64,000 bases of DNA from a virus, in IMG/VR virus record IMGVR_UViG_3300014913_000759, positions 28,465-92,464 of that record, one strand, 5' to 3'. The translations under genes and the position numbers were made by a program. The notes beneath the pieces are model-generated. The model made no database searches, was not told the origin of the DNA, and worked only from the letters and a program-made list of their open reading frames with translations. Positions 17,961 to 27,930 of the stretch are shown one piece after another; position 1 is the first letter of the stretch, and every line of letters begins with the position of its first letter.

Positions 17961-19936
17961 TATCCGCTCGTAGTTGCCACTGGTGTCATGAACATCGCAC
18001 CAGCAACGTCGTAGTCTAATCCATATCTTCCTGGTTTATAGAAGGTAACCACAAACCTCTCGTCGGGCGAAGCCGGAACTCCAATCTCAAAATGGCCGTT
18101 AGCATCCGTAACATCAGAGACTACAAACTCGCCATCTAAATCAGAAACTATAACATTACAAGGTTCTGTTAATAATCTACTATATTTATCGTGAACTGTT
18201 CCAGAAATAACACTCGGTGGATAATTTTGTTCTGGACCGTAGGACACTAACGTATCCCAGGTAGAGTTATAGCTGGCCTTTATATACGACCCCGACCTAT
18301 CTGTTTTTGAAATTCTGACCTCATCTAATATACCATCAAAAGAATAATAACCATCCATATATCCTATATAATTATACCCATCCGTATTGGCCACAGTGGT
18401 TGTGTTTGTTGCCACCTGGCTACCTGCCCACTCACCATCTTTATATCTTTGTAGATTATCGCCAGTCCAGACAAAATCTATAGCTGTCCACACATCCTGT
18501 GATATAGATATGGTTCTGGAAGGCTGTGATGCGTCCGCCATCTCACACTGACAAACTATAACACTGCTACCACTGTTGCAGTAAACCCAAGGCACTCTTT
18601 GCCCACCACTGCCTCTAGCAAATATGGCCCTATATTGGTCGAATGGTACAACATCGGCTTTAAGAACAAAAGATAGTGTAAAAGATGATTTGCCATCTAA
18701 TTCCGAAAGGTTGCCTCCCATATTCACATATTCGGTTGACGAAGGATCAAAATTCAAGCCGCGGCCTGCTTTAGCGGTTAACAAATTTGGCGTGCTGTTT
18801 GGTGTGCCATGATTGACTAAACTAGTAGAATCTTTTACACTATTTGATCCGCTTGGACTAGAACCATCATTTTCCATATGGTACACACCAATGTAATCAC
18901 TATCCCACACGTTTTTTGCTGCAGCATCTCCTAGTTCTCCAATATAATCAGTATTATCTGTTTTAGTGTAATCGTAGTATAGATATAGTTTAGTATCCCT
19001 ATCTGCGTAAACCGTTGGTACCTTAGTCCATGCTATACACCTATTTAATCTAAATTGAAGGTCTTCCAGCTCGACAGGTAACTGTGTTCCATTTTCGTCT
19101 GTTATAGCCATCTTTTGTCGACCATAAAAATGCCGTATGGTTCCTGAGTTTACAACAAAATTATCCACATACGCAACTAGTGTTGTATCTCCGCTTGAAT
19201 AGTCGTAATTATATAGAAGGTGGAATGTTTCAGTGTTTGAACTCCAACTCCCAATTGAAGAGGAGCCTGCGGTTATCCATCCACCTCCTACATCATAGTA
19301 CAGTGTCATAGTGCTTCCGCTTCTTATGTGCCGTGTTTTCCACGAGGTCGGATTGTGATAATAGGATGTACCATAAGTGCTTGCACCACCATTTACTATT
19401 CTAGATCTAAACATCATAGGGTTTGTTGGGCCATAAGAGGCGGAATCATATATTACCTGCATCATGGCGTAGTTGGTGCTTGGATTGTCTTTATCTCTTG
19501 TATAGGTATATAGTAAGAAATATTCAGAATCTGTTTCTGCAGCATCATAACCCGAATGATATTCTAGACTAAAAGAAGTTGTTATGAAATTCCATCTCGT
19601 ATAGGCTCTAAGTTGTGCGTAAAGATTAGTACCTACGGTGGTGCCACTCATGGTGAGTTTATTATCTGCTACATAAAAACTTGCACCAGTCGGTGTGCCG
19701 AGTGACCATGTTTTTAGGTTTATTTCGCCGCTAGTAAAATCATCACTAAAATCATAGTCGGCCTCACTAAGCTCAGCCTTCATACCCGACATTACATCAG
19801 CACTGTTGGTGCCGCAACTGTTTCTGAGATTTAAAAACAGAGGAAAATCATTAATGTCTTCATCAATAAGATCGTGATCTATGGTTATCTCTATTCTTTT
19901 TGCCCAATCTGATAACCAACTACTATTGAATGTCAT
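17960..19936 (-). CDS. DUF2341 + LamG/ConA-like virion adhesin-type protein
   Basis: 'W..R.EITID...DFP', 'QLPVELE..WTKVP..LYLYYD', LamG end 'FDGILDEVRIS', C-terminal Ig-like domain. Confidence 0.75.
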   Translation of the reverse strand: MTFNSSWLSDWAKRIEITIDHDLIDEDINDFPLFLNLRNSCGTNSADVMSGMKAELSEADYDFSDDFTSGEINLKTWSLGTPTGASFYVADNKLTMSGTTVGTNLYAQLRAYTRWNFITTSFSLEYHSGYDAAETDSEYFLLYTYTRDKDNPSTNYAMMQVIYDSASYGPTNPMMFRSRIVNGGASTYGTSYYHNPTSWKTRHIRSGSTMTLYYDVGGGWITAGSSSIGSWSSNTETFHLLYNYDYSSGDTTLVAYVDNFVVNSGTIRHFYGRQKMAITDENGTQLPVELEDLQFRLNRCIAWTKVPTVYADRDTKLYLYYDYTKTDNTDYIGELGDAAAKNVWDSDYIGVYHMENDGSSPSGSNSVKDSTSLVNHGTPNSTPNLLTAKAGRGLNFDPSSTEYVNMGGNLSELDGKSSFTLSFVLKADVVPFDQYRAIFARGSGGQRVPWVYCNSGSSVIVCQCEMADASQPSRTISISQDVWTAIDFVWTGDNLQRYKDGEWAGSQVATNTTTVANTDGYNYIGYMDGYYSFDGILDEVRISKTDRSGSYIKASYNSTWDTLVSYGPEQNYPPSVISGTVHDKYSRLLTEPCNVIVSDLDGEFVVSDVTDANGHFEIGVPASPDERFVVTFYKPGRYGLDYDVAGAMFMTPVATTSG

Positions 19937-19937
19937 C

Positions 19938-22169
19938 TTAGTATCCTCCTCCGCTTATTGTTGTACCGCTTAGTGTTGTCATATATTCTGCACCAGCCAG
20001 GTATGTAAGACCTTGATACGTTCCAGGAAAACTATAAGTTACTAGAACAGTGTCGCCAGGTTCTTTGCCGAAAATCTTCATGGAAAATAGGCCTGTACCG
20101 GAAGCTGCTGTTGTGTGTGCCAAAACTTTCCCTCCGACCTCATCGAGTGCAACTACATAACATATGTCATCCATATGTAGACCGTATCTATTAGTACATT
20201 CACCTTCCACATAAGAATATGGGTCAAATGAAATCAACCCATTAAATGTGTTGTGATGCTCGGCCTTCAGCCAGGCTGCTGATCTGGAGCCATTTGTTAT
20301 TCTTACCTCATCTATTATTCCGTCCCAATACATACCAGAACCATCAATCCTTGCTCCTATATCCAATTCATTAGTTGTGTTTTCTTTAAAAACATCGACT
20401 AAAGAAGTAGTAGCTGAAACCGGCTGACCATCAATATACAAGGTTGCAGTGTTGTTACCTTGTGTCGCTGTGTCCGTCGTAGCTACGACAGCAACGCTTT
20501 TAAATTCGCCATTGTTGATGGCGCTGGCCGTCGTATATATTTGTGAAACACCGCTAGTATTACCATAGTTATAATTTAAACATCCGGCTCCGTGGACGTA
20601 ACCCATGTACAAACCCCAACCACCATTTGCATTGTTAGTTCCATGTCCAAGGATAGCTCTGCCGTCCGTGGCTGTGGTCTTAACAATAGCTGAAGCAGTA
20701 AAGGTTTTGTTGGAAAAGTTCATTGGGTCGCCTAGGTCTATATAATCGTCATTGCCATCAAAATCCAAAGCTTTGCCGGCTCTTCCGTCTACCAAATCGC
20801 CAGTCAACATAGATCCGCCAGATGTTCCGTGATGCAATCTACCGGAAGAATCTTTTATAGCGTCTGTTCCGCCTGAAGGGTCTTGACTAAGACGATAAAC
20901 ATATTGAAAATCTATCCATACGCCGACAGCAGCGTTACCAAATTGCCATCTTTCGGCATTTGTATTTGAATGTGTATACAATATAGAATACGGGTGAGTA
21001 GTGTCCCACCCACCATACCATAATCTATATACACCATCATCATTTATAATACTAGCGGAATAGGTGCGTGTCGCGTCATAAGTTCCTTCTAGGCCGACAT
21101 CAAAAACTCTCAGCGGTGTTGACCAGGACGTTCCATTAGTAGACGTGGTGTGCAATAACCTGAAAACATTAGAAGAATCATTTCCAGAAGGGTACATTGT
21201 ATAAGTTGTGCCTTCTTTTATAACGGGACCTGGGTAAATTTGTGAATAGGCATCGGAGGTTCCGAAGTTTATAACTTGCTGATGGCCTGTCCAAGTCGTG
21301 CCGTTAGTAGATTGTGCATAACAAACTCTATAAGCAAAGCCGTCTTGACCTCCATACCACATCTTATATGTGGTGCCATCTTTAATTACATAAGGGGTTG
21401 AGCAATGTACACTATCTGCCGATATATTTCCTGGCGCCATAACTTGTTGGAAATTTGACCAGCTTTCGCCATCTGTCGATGTACAGTAGATTATGCTCCA
21501 ATATGACCCACCATGGCCAGCGTACCACATCTTATATGTAGAGCCATCTTTAATGACTGTCGGAGATGTGGTGTGCACGGTATCGTAGGTGCCCTCTGAG
21601 CCTAAATCTATAATCATTTTATGGCCTTGCCAGTTATTAAGAGTGCCTGACGAGACACAATAACCAATTCTCCATCTATCAGGCGTAATCGTTCTCATAC
21701 CGTACCACATCTGGTAATCATCATTGTTTTTTAAAACCGTGGGCCAGGACGCTGTTTTGTCGTCATATGTTCCTTCGGTGTTTGCTTGAACCTCCACAGT
21801 AGCGTGTACATCTGTAGCCTTACTCACGTAATCTACGTTATCCGCTTTCGTAGAATCATAATATAAATACAATGTTGTATCTACACTAGAATACAGTGTC
21901 GGTACTTTAGTCCATAGGTGTGCAATCTCTTCCGTCGCATCCCAATACTCGACCTCCACCGGTAGTTGTGTTTCGCCGTCTGCGGATGTGATCGCTATTT
22001 TCTTATAAGAAGGCCCGACCTCATCAAACACAGGGGTAGCATCAAAGTCGCCTGCCGTACCCGTACCACTAGAGAGTGTAATCAAGACGGGAAAATCTGT
22101 TAGATTACTATCTATCTTGCTGCTGTCTAGTGTAAGACGCATTATGTTTGACCAGTCTAACCAAGCCAT
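19938..22169 (-). CDS. DUF2341 + five-bladed beta-propeller (GH43/GH130-like) + LamG virion protein
   Basis: DUF2341 motifs; five 'P-x-V-I-K-x-G-x-x-Y-x-M-W-Y-x-G...S-x-D/N-G-x-x-W' blades; 'ALDFDGNDDYI', 'WDGIIDEVRI'. Confidence 0.8.
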   Translation of the reverse strand: MAWLDWSNIMRLTLDSSKIDSNLTDFPVLITLSSGTGTAGDFDATPVFDEVGPSYKKIAITSADGETQLPVEVEYWDATEEIAHLWTKVPTLYSSVDTTLYLYYDSTKADNVDYVSKATDVHATVEVQANTEGTYDDKTASWPTVLKNNDDYQMWYGMRTITPDRWRIGYCVSSGTLNNWQGHKMIIDLGSEGTYDTVHTTSPTVIKDGSTYKMWYAGHGGSYWSIIYCTSTDGESWSNFQQVMAPGNISADSVHCSTPYVIKDGTTYKMWYGGQDGFAYRVCYAQSTNGTTWTGHQQVINFGTSDAYSQIYPGPVIKEGTTYTMYPSGNDSSNVFRLLHTTSTNGTSWSTPLRVFDVGLEGTYDATRTYSASIINDDGVYRLWYGGWDTTHPYSILYTHSNTNAERWQFGNAAVGVWIDFQYVYRLSQDPSGGTDAIKDSSGRLHHGTSGGSMLTGDLVDGRAGKALDFDGNDDYIDLGDPMNFSNKTFTASAIVKTTATDGRAILGHGTNNANGGWGLYMGYVHGAGCLNYNYGNTSGVSQIYTTASAINNGEFKSVAVVATTDTATQGNNTATLYIDGQPVSATTSLVDVFKENTTNELDIGARIDGSGMYWDGIIDEVRITNGSRSAAWLKAEHHNTFNGLISFDPYSYVEGECTNRYGLHMDDICYVVALDEVGGKVLAHTTAASGTGLFSMKIFGKEPGDTVLVTYSFPGTYQGLTYLAGAEYMTTLSGTTISGGGY

Positions 22170-22177
22170 ATATCCTC

Positions 22178-24664
22178 CTACTCACCTACAATTAGGTCTG
22201 TTGGGCTTCCTGTAAATGTTTCTGTAGCCACCAACACATTATTTTCTATGTGACTTATAACATTATTAACCAAATAAAGATCCAAATTATCAAAAGTTGA
22301 ATCTGAACTGGCCCAGATGCTGCCATAGTTGTCATTAGATCCTGCCGCAACGCGAGATGTATATGCTTCAGAGTTTTTCTCTTGCATCTCCCACTCAGCA
22401 ATACATATTTTGCCGGTGTTGGCGTTCCAGTTGCCGATCGCCTTCAGCTTATATTGATAATAATACGTGTTGTTAGTAAATGTATATTCTTGCCAGTTTG
22501 TATTACGTGGTGTATATGTGTTCTTTAAACCGATAAGCTCAGTCCAATTTGTTAGATCGTTCGAGCCATAGAATACGATTTGTTTTGGAAAATACGCATA
22601 CATAGAATCAAAACCTACGGGTTTTAATCTCAGCTTTGATACTATTTTCTTGCCCACGCTAGCACTATTGCGTGACATTTTCCATTCTTGTAGTGCTATA
22701 TTGGAACCATAGGTGTCAACAACATAAAGTCTATAACTTCTGTATGCAATGTTGTTATCAAATACAACAGTTTGCCAAGTCGCAGACTGAGAGAACTGGC
22801 CGGTATGAAGAGTAACCCATTCCTCATCACGTGGATGTAAAAAAGAACCCTCTATTCTATAATTTTTAGGCATTCCACTAAGTGTGTCTGACACACCTTT
22901 AACTGATAAAACCGCTACCTTGTAAATCTTAGATTCAAAATCTATGGCAGCCCAACCACTGGTAGTTGTAGACCGCCAAAAAGCGTTGCCAGACTCATCA
23001 GTATCATTGTCGGATAATTTGGACGCGTTTCTGTATCTTACGTGTCCATCGTCATAATGTAAATAGTTTGTGTCAGTAACATCACCATTGTAGGAACCAA
23101 AATCTATAGTCAGCTCTATGCCTGCGCCGGCGGCGTCTCCGTCATCACTACACCAAATGTTATCTAGAGCGTTTATAATGTTGTCTGATAATTTTGTTGG
23201 GTCTCCGCCCGACACAGAGGTAGATGTGTGCTCATAGTTTACGAGTGTTAGATCTGGGCCATAATCATACTCTAGTACATCAGGGTCTATACGTTCCTCT
23301 GTCAAGAGATTACTAACGTCAAACTCCGGTTCTGGGGAAACATACTCTCTAATAATAACCCAGTCTATTTCACCGTTACTTCCGTACGTACCTCTTCCAC
23401 GCACTCTAAAATTGTCAAGCCACGTATTGCCCTCACAGGATCTTTCCCAAGAATCTAAATAATCTGTATATGTATTTCTTCCGCTTACACCTTGGTGTAT
23501 GGTATCAGTAGGTTCATGATATGTAATTATATGTCTATTATAGCTCTGACCTTCTATACCTTTTTCAGTGCCTGTGTCTGCTCCTGCTCCTCCGCACTCA
23601 AAATTATGTGTCCTGTATGTATCGCCGTATGCGCCGTAGCTTACATAATTTTCCCATGCCCAGTCGAAAATAAAATAATCGTACGACACGTATCCTGTAC
23701 TTGGTGAAGCATCTTCTATCCAAACATATGTCTCCAGTGCCCAACTGCGCACACCATTAAATATGTTGCCTTTCGTTTGTATATAATCTGGCAACGGGCC
23801 AGGGTATACTCTAGAGCCCTTAATAGTATAAGAGCCAAAAACAGACCATTTGGAGGTATCTATAGATGTACCAAGAAAATCATCATAAAGTAAAAAATCA
23901 ATAGAATCAGGGTCAGATATTCCTGAATCATTCTCTTTGCCCCAAAAAGCATACAGCTGTTTAGTTTCGTTTGCTGACAAAGAAGGTATATTAAGCCATA
24001 CAATTGCCTCCTCATTAGCAACGTCCCACTTTTCGATCCACATTTTCCATATATGACCACCGTTCCAATCCTCACCAACCCTAAAATCACCACTTCCATG
24101 CGCAAAGAGCTGGATGATTCCCAGACTAGTATATGTGTTGCCGTGGTTACTTAACACATCAAACTTATAATACCTATATGTTTCTGAGCTATCGACATCA
24201 AATGATTGTAGGTTGCCGTTTGCTGCCGCATTTCCTGTGAGTAGCTCATACCACACGCTATTGTCGTTGGAACCACTAAGCTTAAAACTATCCACCATCT
24301 GATCGTTGCCGGCGCTATTCCAACGTTGTAATTCTAATCGGCCAACGGCCAACGATGTACCTAAATCCACTTTCCACCAAGCCGTAGAAACATTGATTCT
24401 CCAATAGTCATCAACATGGTTATAAGTAGAACAATCCTCAGGGCCACCTTGAAAAGCGGAAGACGCATAATGTGTCATATTCTCATTATTTGCCCTTGGG
24501 CCGCCAACAGAAAAACTTTTTGTCTGTGAAAAATCAAAAGTTGTAGCATCTAAAATTAACTTAACAGGATAATTCGTTAGATCCTCTCCAGATCTTTCCG
24601 TTATAGTTAACTCTTCTCTATACAAATAATGTGATGAATCTATGTTAGCAGCATAATCTGCCAT
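22178..24664 (-). CDS. DUF2341 + F5/8 type C (discoidin) domain virion protein
   Basis: 'WWKVDLG...FKLSGSNDNSVW...YRYYK', 'WAAIDF...YRSYRL', 'FYGSNDLTNW...YYQYK'; DUF2341 'IEKWD...VWLNIP...LYAFWG'. Confidence 0.75.
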   Translation of the reverse strand: MADYAANIDSSHYLYREELTITERSGEDLTNYPVKLILDATTFDFSQTKSFSVGGPRANNENMTHYASSAFQGGPEDCSTYNHVDDYWRINVSTAWWKVDLGTSLAVGRLELQRWNSAGNDQMVDSFKLSGSNDNSVWYELLTGNAAANGNLQSFDVDSSETYRYYKFDVLSNHGNTYTSLGIIQLFAHGSGDFRVGEDWNGGHIWKMWIEKWDVANEEAIVWLNIPSLSANETKQLYAFWGKENDSGISDPDSIDFLLYDDFLGTSIDTSKWSVFGSYTIKGSRVYPGPLPDYIQTKGNIFNGVRSWALETYVWIEDASPSTGYVSYDYFIFDWAWENYVSYGAYGDTYRTHNFECGGAGADTGTEKGIEGQSYNRHIITYHEPTDTIHQGVSGRNTYTDYLDSWERSCEGNTWLDNFRVRGRGTYGSNGEIDWVIIREYVSPEPEFDVSNLLTEERIDPDVLEYDYGPDLTLVNYEHTSTSVSGGDPTKLSDNIINALDNIWCSDDGDAAGAGIELTIDFGSYNGDVTDTNYLHYDDGHVRYRNASKLSDNDTDESGNAFWRSTTTSGWAAIDFESKIYKVAVLSVKGVSDTLSGMPKNYRIEGSFLHPRDEEWVTLHTGQFSQSATWQTVVFDNNIAYRSYRLYVVDTYGSNIALQEWKMSRNSASVGKKIVSKLRLKPVGFDSMYAYFPKQIVFYGSNDLTNWTELIGLKNTYTPRNTNWQEYTFTNNTYYYQYKLKAIGNWNANTGKICIAEWEMQEKNSEAYTSRVAAGSNDNYGSIWASSDSTFDNLDLYLVNNVISHIENNVLVATETFTGSPTDLIVGE

Positions 24665-24666
24665 AG

Positions 24667-27600
24667 TTACCTCACTGACGCCAAATCAGACACCGGCTCT
24701 CTTATTTGACCAGCTATTGGTTGTGAAAATGTAATCAAATTGTCTCTTTCACTTTCGTATTGGGCAGCAATGTAAGATGCGCCCTTAGTGCTGTCGAATA
24801 CACGAACTTCATCCAATCTCCCAGTCCAAGTATTGCTCGAACCGGTACTATCGTGTCTTCTTCCTATAAACCACGTACCAGTAGTCGGTAATGTATGACC
24901 GCAGCCCGATATGTTGCTCTGAGAGCCATTAAGATATATCCTAAAATCACTTGCTTCTGTAACTACGACGACGTGGACCCACGTGCCTGTAGAAGTAAAC
25001 GTACCGTTTTGTAACAACCAGTGGTAAGTGCCTGCGTGGCCGCCTTTAAACTTGCTAGCCGGACCATCGTAAAACAGCGCAATCCTTATATTACCTGCTG
25101 ACGTGCCCTGCGTTATTAAACCACAATAGTCCGACTTGCCACCAAGACTATTAGCATAGGCCCAACAGGAGATGGTCATCTGGTTGCCGGAAAAGGTCTG
25201 AGATCCTATATCTATATATTTATCACCAAAATATAGGCATTTGCCTATACCAAGCCTTCCATCTACTAGATCTCCAGAAGTCCACGTAGCACCAGCATTA
25301 GTAGGAGTTCCGTTTCTTATAGTTGTGGAAGAATCTAAAATACAACCGGATCCTCCCGTCGGATCTTGATTTAAATGATAGACCATACCACTATCGCTGG
25401 TTCCCCAAACGGCCTTGGCAGCCGTAGAACCAATATCACCTACATATGTTGTGTTATCAGCCCAGCTGTTATTCCACTTCATATACAAGGTTGTGTCTTC
25501 CGTAGCAGAAATGGAGGGAACTTTAACCCAAAGCTCTGCTTCCTTGCCAGAATTATCCCACCTCTCTATCTCAACATAGCACTCGGTACCATCAGCAGTA
25601 ACGACCTTTAGTTTCTTACTATTGGCGCCGAGGTCATCGAAGATTGAGGTGTTATCATAATCATTTATGCCTGAAGAATCACTTAGCCTAACAAAAACAG
25701 GAAAATCTGTCTTAGTGCTGCTGATTTTTGAAGAATCTATTGTTAGTTCCAACCCCGTGTCGCTATCAATAACTTCTGGTGAGCTTAGCCAATACTGTCT
25801 TACAACATCGTTATAAATTGCATTTAGTGCAGCACCTTCGCCTCTCGATGCTACCGCAAAACTTGTATTATAAAAAGTAGAATTAGGTTCTGCTGTAATA
25901 GCTATAAAGTTTGTCGATGTTCCTTTCAAAATTCTACCTTGGTTGGTAAAAAAGTAATATGATGGTGACCACTCTTCGCTCGGTTCGCTGCCACTATAAG
26001 TTGTAAACCACCGATAGTAATGGCCGGTGAGTGGAGCGAGGCCACTCAATGTGGCAGTAAAACTACTTCCAGAAGTCTGTAGACCAATAGAAACGGAGCT
26101 TTGCCATGAGGCTTTAACAGTACCTTCATCGGAAGTACCGTAATAAACCGACACAATACCGTCATGGTTACTGCTTGGTATTGAGCCATAGAGTGTGGCC
26201 TCATCGTGTGAAGGAAACGTTGGAGATGTTGTATTAGAAATCCCTACTAAATATTCGGCATCATCAAACGTCAGTAAGTTATCAAAAATACTTTGGTTGG
26301 ATGTTCTTATCCAGTCACCGGAACGCGCCACATTAGAAATACGTACCTCGTCAATGGTTCCATCAAAATAACCGGGGTCATCCGTCTCAGCAGCGCCGAA
26401 CCGAACATTGCTGGTCGAAGAATTTAACGTACCTGTAAATGTAGTGCTATTTTCTTCGTAGCCATCTATATAAACACGCACAGTATTTCCGTCCCAGGAA
26501 CCAACTACATAATGATCAACATTGTCTGATAAATCTGTAGATCCGGTTACTGTTGTGAGCTCCGAATTAGTCCTAAAAGGTATAAAACTCAACTCTCCAG
26601 TGGCATTTTTTCTAAACTGCCACGAACGTTGGTCAGGATTATCATCTTTAGAAACTAACTGCGATGTGGCGGCTTGGTCGGTTTTTATAACAGCCTCTAC
26701 GGTTATATAGTTTACATTAAATTTACTGTCATTTCCTGCCAATAAATATTCGTCGACACCATCTAACTCGTTGCTGGCGCCTATTAATGAGTATCTATAA
26801 TCTGCAGTAACCATAGAACCTTTCGGTGTTGCATGCAACACATTTATAGAAGAATCCTCTATTCTATCTGTAACATCTTCGTAGGGCCGTTGCGACATAT
26901 GCCATACACCAACATAATTATCCTCCCAAACTCCCGATGCTGATGTCGGAGCAGCTGCTATGTAGGCAGTGTTGTTGTCCAACTCACTGTTATAATATAG
27001 ATAAAGCTGTGTGTTGGTTCCGCTGGATAGAGTGGGTATTTTTGCCCACACATATGCCATTTCACGATTTGGATCCCAATAATCTATCTCCGCCGGGCAT
27101 TGTGTCGTACCATCAGATATTGTAATGGCAATTTTTTGTTTATTTTCATCGGATCTCGCCTTAATAACTCCATCTGCAGAATTTATGGTGAAGTTGTCCC
27201 AGCTTACATCCCAAGTTGCAGCGTCTCTTCTTATGTATCTTAGGTATACGCGAGCATCACCGGTAGTGGTGGTTTCGGTGGTATAACCAGACGAACTGCC
27301 TTCCCACTGCCACATCCCGCTACTCCAATAAAACACTTTTGTAACAGTGCCAACACGTGTTATTCTAAATTTTCCTGGTCCATAGTCTGCTGTGCCGGTT
27401 TTTTCGTTAGATGGTGGGTTAGCTATGTATCTTGGAGACGTATCAGGCTTCATGGTTCTAGCAATATAAGCCGAGCCTCCACCATCATATTGTACTTGAA
27501 AATACATATAATGGTGGCTAGAAGTAGGTGCCGTATGGTTGTTCATTTGCCAATCTACTTGTATATCAAAATCTCCAACTAACTTAAAATTACTCTTTGC

Positions 27601-27927
27601 GTACAGCTGATCTGTAGTGGAACCAACTGTATTCATTCTAAGTTTGTTGCTAGATATATATGGGTAATCATCGTCGGTAAGACTCCACAAAAACCAACGA
27701 ACTTCGTTTGGAGGATCGTTGTTCGTTCCAGTAAAGGTATCATCTGAGTCCACCTCAACTAAAAACTCATTAAAAACCTTAGTTAGATCTGCATTATTTC
27801 TACCAGAGGAGCTGGAGATCTTTATAAGTGCTGGAAAATCTGTAAGGTTTTCAGATAATCCACCAGATATAGTTGTGGGGTCTATTGTAATCGGTATTCT
27901 TCTTTTCCAACCAGGTAGCCAAGCCAT
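24667..27927 (-). CDS. Virion protein with two DUF2341 + LamG units and an FN3-like domain
   Basis: Two DUF2341 motifs, LamG ends 'FDGTIDEVRIS' and 'WTGRLDEVRV', FN3-like 'LSGLAPLTGHYYR'. Confidence 0.78.
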   Translation of the reverse strand: MAWLPGWKRRIPITIDPTTISGGLSENLTDFPALIKISSSSGRNNADLTKVFNEFLVEVDSDDTFTGTNNDPPNEVRWFLWSLTDDDYPYISSNKLRMNTVGSTTDQLYAKSNFKLVGDFDIQVDWQMNNHTAPTSSHHYMYFQVQYDGGGSAYIARTMKPDTSPRYIANPPSNEKTGTADYGPGKFRITRVGTVTKVFYWSSGMWQWEGSSSGYTTETTTTGDARVYLRYIRRDAATWDVSWDNFTINSADGVIKARSDENKQKIAITISDGTTQCPAEIDYWDPNREMAYVWAKIPTLSSGTNTQLYLYYNSELDNNTAYIAAAPTSASGVWEDNYVGVWHMSQRPYEDVTDRIEDSSINVLHATPKGSMVTADYRYSLIGASNELDGVDEYLLAGNDSKFNVNYITVEAVIKTDQAATSQLVSKDDNPDQRSWQFRKNATGELSFIPFRTNSELTTVTGSTDLSDNVDHYVVGSWDGNTVRVYIDGYEENSTTFTGTLNSSTSNVRFGAAETDDPGYFDGTIDEVRISNVARSGDWIRTSNQSIFDNLLTFDDAEYLVGISNTTSPTFPSHDEATLYGSIPSSNHDGIVSVYYGTSDEGTVKASWQSSVSIGLQTSGSSFTATLSGLAPLTGHYYRWFTTYSGSEPSEEWSPSYYFFTNQGRILKGTSTNFIAITAEPNSTFYNTSFAVASRGEGAALNAIYNDVVRQYWLSSPEVIDSDTGLELTIDSSKISSTKTDFPVFVRLSDSSGINDYDNTSIFDDLGANSKKLKVVTADGTECYVEIERWDNSGKEAELWVKVPSISATEDTTLYMKWNNSWADNTTYVGDIGSTAAKAVWGTSDSGMVYHLNQDPTGGSGCILDSSTTIRNGTPTNAGATWTSGDLVDGRLGIGKCLYFGDKYIDIGSQTFSGNQMTISCWAYANSLGGKSDYCGLITQGTSAGNIRIALFYDGPASKFKGGHAGTYHWLLQNGTFTSTGTWVHVVVVTEASDFRIYLNGSQSNISGCGHTLPTTGTWFIGRRHDSTGSSNTWTGRLDEVRVFDSTKGASYIAAQYESERDNLITFSQPIAGQIREPVSDLASVR

Positions 27928-27930
27928 GGT

